Assembly: GCA_003250375.1 (NCBI GenBank)
Contig: QKGR01000019.1
Span: 1 to 43,986, forward strand
Source: Candidatus Shapirobacteria bacterium
GTDB taxonomy: Bacteria > Patescibacteriota > Microgenomatia > UBA12405
DNA length: 43,986 nucleotides
Direction of reading: 5' to 3'
In this document: positions 42,023 to 43,986 of the stretch, one piece after another
Position numbering within the stretch: the stretch's first letter is position 1
Layout: each line of letters begins with the position of its first letter
Notes under the pieces: model-generated
Told to the model about the DNA's origin: nothing
Seen by the model: the letters and a program-made list of their open reading frames with translations, nothing else
The model's database searches: none
Position numbers and translations under genes: made by a program

Positions 42023-42074
42023 GCGGTCCGATGTCCATCGGACAGGTCAGGGGTTTTTAGTCCCCTTGGGTCCA
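42023..42074 (+). pseudogene. 3' portion of the decayed tRNA-Ala-like copy
   Basis: It repeats GCGGTCCGATGTCCATCGGACAGGTCA (identical to 41592-41618). It then continues AGGGGTTTTTAGTCCCCTTGGGTCCA, which is a degenerate T arm plus the acceptor 3' strand of tRNA-Ala. Confidence 0.45.
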
Positions 42075-42215
42075 CTTCGACTCGCTTTGCTCGCTCAGTG
42101 TAAACACCTGATTCCTGGTATATATGTATTGAAACCTTGTTTTTTGAAGTGCGCTTAGTCGAAACCCTGAGCGTGGTGAGCGGTAGCGAACCAAAGTCGA
42201 AGGGCTGTAAGTTTT

Positions 42216-42485
42216 ATGTGTGATATGGAGATAACTGAATGGTATGTATATATTCTTCGATGCTCCGATTCTTCCTATTATGTTGGTATATCTCCTGATG
42301 TTGCGAAGCGTGTAATGCTTCATAATTTAGGAAGAGGTGCTAGGTATACAAAAGATCATCGACCTGTTGTGCTAGTTTACTCAAGAAAATATTCAAGTAA
42401 GTCTGAAGCGAGGAAAAGAGAGATACAAATTAAAGGTTGGAGTCGCTTAAAAAAAGAGAAATTAATAAAGGGCGAGTTTAAGTAA
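42216..42485 (+). CDS. GIY-YIG nuclease family protein (small, UPF0213/YhbQ-like)
   Basis: WYVYILRCSDSSYYVGISPDVAKRVMLHN, plus the C-terminal EARKREIQIKGWSRLKKEKL typical of this family. Confidence 0.8.
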   Translation: MCDMEITEWYVYILRCSDSSYYVGISPDVAKRVMLHNLGRGARYTKDHRPVVLVYSRKYSSKSEARKREIQIKGWSRLKKEKLIKGEFK

Positions 42486-42486
42486 C

Positions 42487-43272
42487 TTATGGCTGGAAAT
42501 CGTTGGGGCAAGAATCGGGAGAAGTGGGCATTTGGTTGATGCAAGATTTGATGCTTTTGACTTGAGGATATTGCATGGCTGTGAGGAGGGCAGAAAGACC
42601 CATACATTGGAGGCGAGTGGAACCACCGCCGTAACTTTGAACAGAGTCAAAGTAATTTATGAAGAGAGTGCCATTGGAGTCGAGGTTCACCTCATTGACT
42701 CCACCGATTTGATTCTTAAATTTACTTTGAGTTCTTTGTTGATAATCAGCAATTTCCTTTGAGTTTGGATAAGAGGCGTAGGGCTTGGCGGCCATAAGGT
42801 GCATTGTTTCGAAAATAGGACGAGCATTCTTGGGAATATAGTCAATTATTGGTGTTGGCTGGTAGGATCCTGCGATGTCGATACAATTAAACATGTAAAC
42901 AGGTTTTGTGGTGTCGATGCTTTTAGTAGTTGGTAGGGGAGGGAATTTGACATTCTTTACATAGTCGTAAATTTGGTGAGTTTTGAAGTATTGGATTTGG
43001 TCGGCTGTGTAGATTTTGTCCAAAGAGAGGGTGTTTTTGGTGTCGATAGTGGGAGTGGGGGAGGAAGTGGCTTTGCTGGGGTTGGGGCTAAGATTTTTAT
43101 AGGGAGTGGGGGTAATTAGACCAATGGTGAATTGTTTGGAAATTGGGGTGCCTTTGGAGGTGGAAAAGACGAAAAGAGCGGAGATTAAAATAACTGCTAG
43201 AGGAAGAATAAATGCTAGTTTTGATCCCATGACTGATGGTAGCACAAATTTTGAAATTAAGGTAAAATTCAT
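42487..43272 (-). CDS. hypothetical membrane-anchored or secreted protein
   Basis: The start was trimmed to the ATG at 43272. The first 24 codons of the track ORF are antisense to tRNA-Trp. Hydrophobic segment LAFILPLAVILISALFVF. Confidence 0.5.
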   Translation of the reverse strand: MNFTLISKFVLPSVMGSKLAFILPLAVILISALFVFSTSKGTPISKQFTIGLITPTPYKNLSPNPSKATSSPTPTIDTKNTLSLDKIYTADQIQYFKTHQIYDYVKNVKFPPLPTTKSIDTTKPVYMFNCIDIAGSYQPTPIIDYIPKNARPIFETMHLMAAKPYASYPNSKEIADYQQRTQSKFKNQIGGVNEVNLDSNGTLFINYFDSVQSYGGGSTRLQCMGLSALLTAMQYPQVKSIKSCINQMPTSPDSCPNDFQP

Positions 43273-43278
43273 GCACTT

Positions 43279-43349
43279 GCGGGTGTCGTTCAATGGTAGG
43301 ACTGCGGTCTCCAAAACCGCCAATAGAGGTTCGATTCCTTTCACCCGTG
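43279..43349 (+). tRNA. tRNA-Trp (anticodon CCA)
   Basis: Hand-folded. Acceptor GCGGGTG/CACCCGT. D stem GTTC/GGAC. Anticodon stem GCGGT/ACCGC with loop CTCCAAA. T arm AGAGG-TTCGATT-CCTTT. Discriminator G. Confidence 0.85.
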
Positions 43350-43468
43350 CTAAATAAATCGAGGTTCGATTCTCTGCCTGAGGCGGATAAACTTTTCACC
43401 CGTGCTAAATAAATCGAGGTTCGATTCTCCGCCTCGTCGGCGGATAAACTTTTCACCCGTGCTAAATT
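43342..43468 (+). repeat. tandem repeat (55 bp + 57 bp + a 15-bp partial unit) seeded by the tRNA-Trp 3' end
   Basis: The unit CACCCGTGCTAAATAAATCGAGGTTCGATTCTC[hairpin]GGATAAACTTTT is repeated. Each unit re-creates the T-loop and acceptor 3' end, with an inserted hairpin (TCTGCCTGAGGCGGA or TCCGCCTCGTCGGCGGA). Confidence 0.85.
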
Positions 43469-43706
43469 ATCCTTGGGAACATTGGGAATTTCGTCTAACC
43501 CAAATTTCGGTTCTTTTTTGATCGAAAATAATGGCATCTTGCTCGCCGCAACCTGCACAAGCACTCTTTATTAGATCGGGGAGATCTTGTTCTCGATTGG
43601 CCAAGCCCATGGCTTGGAGGATGGCATTGCGAATATTTAGGCAGGCAGGTGTGCCTGGTGAATTGACTTGAATGTATTCTGTTTTGTTGATTTCGCTAAT
43701 GGTCAT
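43467..43706 (-). CDS. hypothetical small protein (79 aa)
   Basis: The start was moved to the ATG at 43706 (MTISEINK). TATAAT ends 6 nt upstream, which suggests a leaderless start. Confidence 0.45.
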   Translation of the reverse strand: MTISEINKTEYIQVNSPGTPACLNIRNAILQAMGLANREQDLPDLIKSACAGCGEQDAIIFDQKRTEIWVRRNSQCSQG

Positions 43707-43849
43707 ACTTAAATTATATAAGTAATATGTGTAGAAAATACGTATTATTACAGCTTTATTATATTTTTTTAACATTTGAGAAATTTAATTTAGAATGATG
43801 GAATCGTTTTGTTATTAAGTAGGTTTGGGAGGAATGATAAGATTTAAGA

Positions 43850-43986
43850 ATGAAGAGAGATTTGGTGATTATTGTGACGGGGATACATAATGAGAATTTT
43901 GTGCCCAAAGCAATCGATTTGATGGCCTGGAGCTTGAGATGGAGAGGAGTGGAGGCGGAAGTGTTTAGGATGCATTGGCAATCGGA
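43850..43986 (+). CDS. 5' fragment of a CDS running off the window (MKRDLVIIVTGIHNENF...)
   Basis: Open frame from the ATG at 43850 to the window end. Not identifiable. Confidence 0.3.
   Translation, partial: MKRDLVIIVTGIHNENFVPKAIDLMAWSLRWRGVEAEVFRMHWQS

Noticed and set aside
41669-42074. Group I intron with a GIY-YIG homing endonuclease inside a tRNA gene
   Set aside because: - The segment between the tRNA halves contains a complete second tRNA-Ala rather than intron-like P1-P9 structure.
- The break is at the variable-loop/T-arm junction, not the anticodon loop.
- It is better described as a cassette insertion or recombination product.
42078-42215. Imperfect inverted repeats CTTCGACTCGCTTTGCTCGCTC ... 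GAGCGGTAGCGAACCAAAGTCGAAG between the two GIY-YIG genes, considered as MITE termini
   Set aside because: The arms match only partially, no target-site duplication is seen, and there is a single occurrence in the window. It is noted as possible structure only.
43273-43344. First 24 codons of track ORF 42487-43344 (MKGIEPLLAVLETAVLPLNDTRKC)
   Set aside because: This is the antisense translation of tRNA-Trp (43279-43349). The start was trimmed to 43272.

Overview
This is an AT-rich, gene-dense bacterial window. Its gene content and architecture look like a small-genome, CPR/Patescibacteria-like organism: many orphan ORFs, LPXTG surface proteins, ThyX, class II RNR and small GIY-YIG proteins next to tRNAs. 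That taxonomic reading is inference, not a search result.

Recognisable core genes:
- manC-like nucleotidyltransferase, pyrG, an Asp/Glu-racemase-family gene.
- The secE-nusG-rplK-rplA ... rplJ-rplL ribosomal cluster on the minus strand. It is split by insertions.
- murF-like and ddl-like ligases.
- A DNA-precursor block: nrdR, nrdJ, a PduO-type adenosyltransferase, thyX and glyA.
- A 1307-aa multi-pass membrane protein, a GT2 glycosyltransferase, an LPXTG protein and galU.
- tRNA-Ala(GGC) and tRNA-Trp(CCA).

Structures that ordinary annotation would miss:
1. A cobalamin-riboswitch-like leader directly behind nrdJ/pduO, in front of an orphan 350-aa zinc-ribbon protein.
2. A single strongly GC-rich lipoprotein gene with its own SD and terminator. 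It sits behind a roughly 600-nt structured leader that starts at a consensus promoter and contains two perfect 50-bp repeats and an SD-sequestering helix.
3. An intact tRNA-Ala plus GIY-YIG gene bracketed by the two halves of a decayed tRNA-Ala copy, with 27-bp direct repeats.
4. Tandem duplications of the tRNA-Trp 3' end that carry hairpin insertions.
5. GC-rich REP-like palindromes scattered through the window, together with a RayT/IS200-like gene that itself contains a perfect 20-bp palindrome.
6. An island of ribose-phosphate and nucleotide-processing genes (two NUDIX, a histidine phosphatase, a PhnP-like MBL hydrolase, a P-loop kinase, an NDT-like-RHH fusion and a PRTase) between rplA and rplJ.
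7. An 8-bp tandem repeat present at two loci.
8. Widespread leaderless gene starts, with a -10 box 5-7 nt upstream of the ATG.

All calls come from reading the sequence and ORF translations by eye. No database search or folding program was run.
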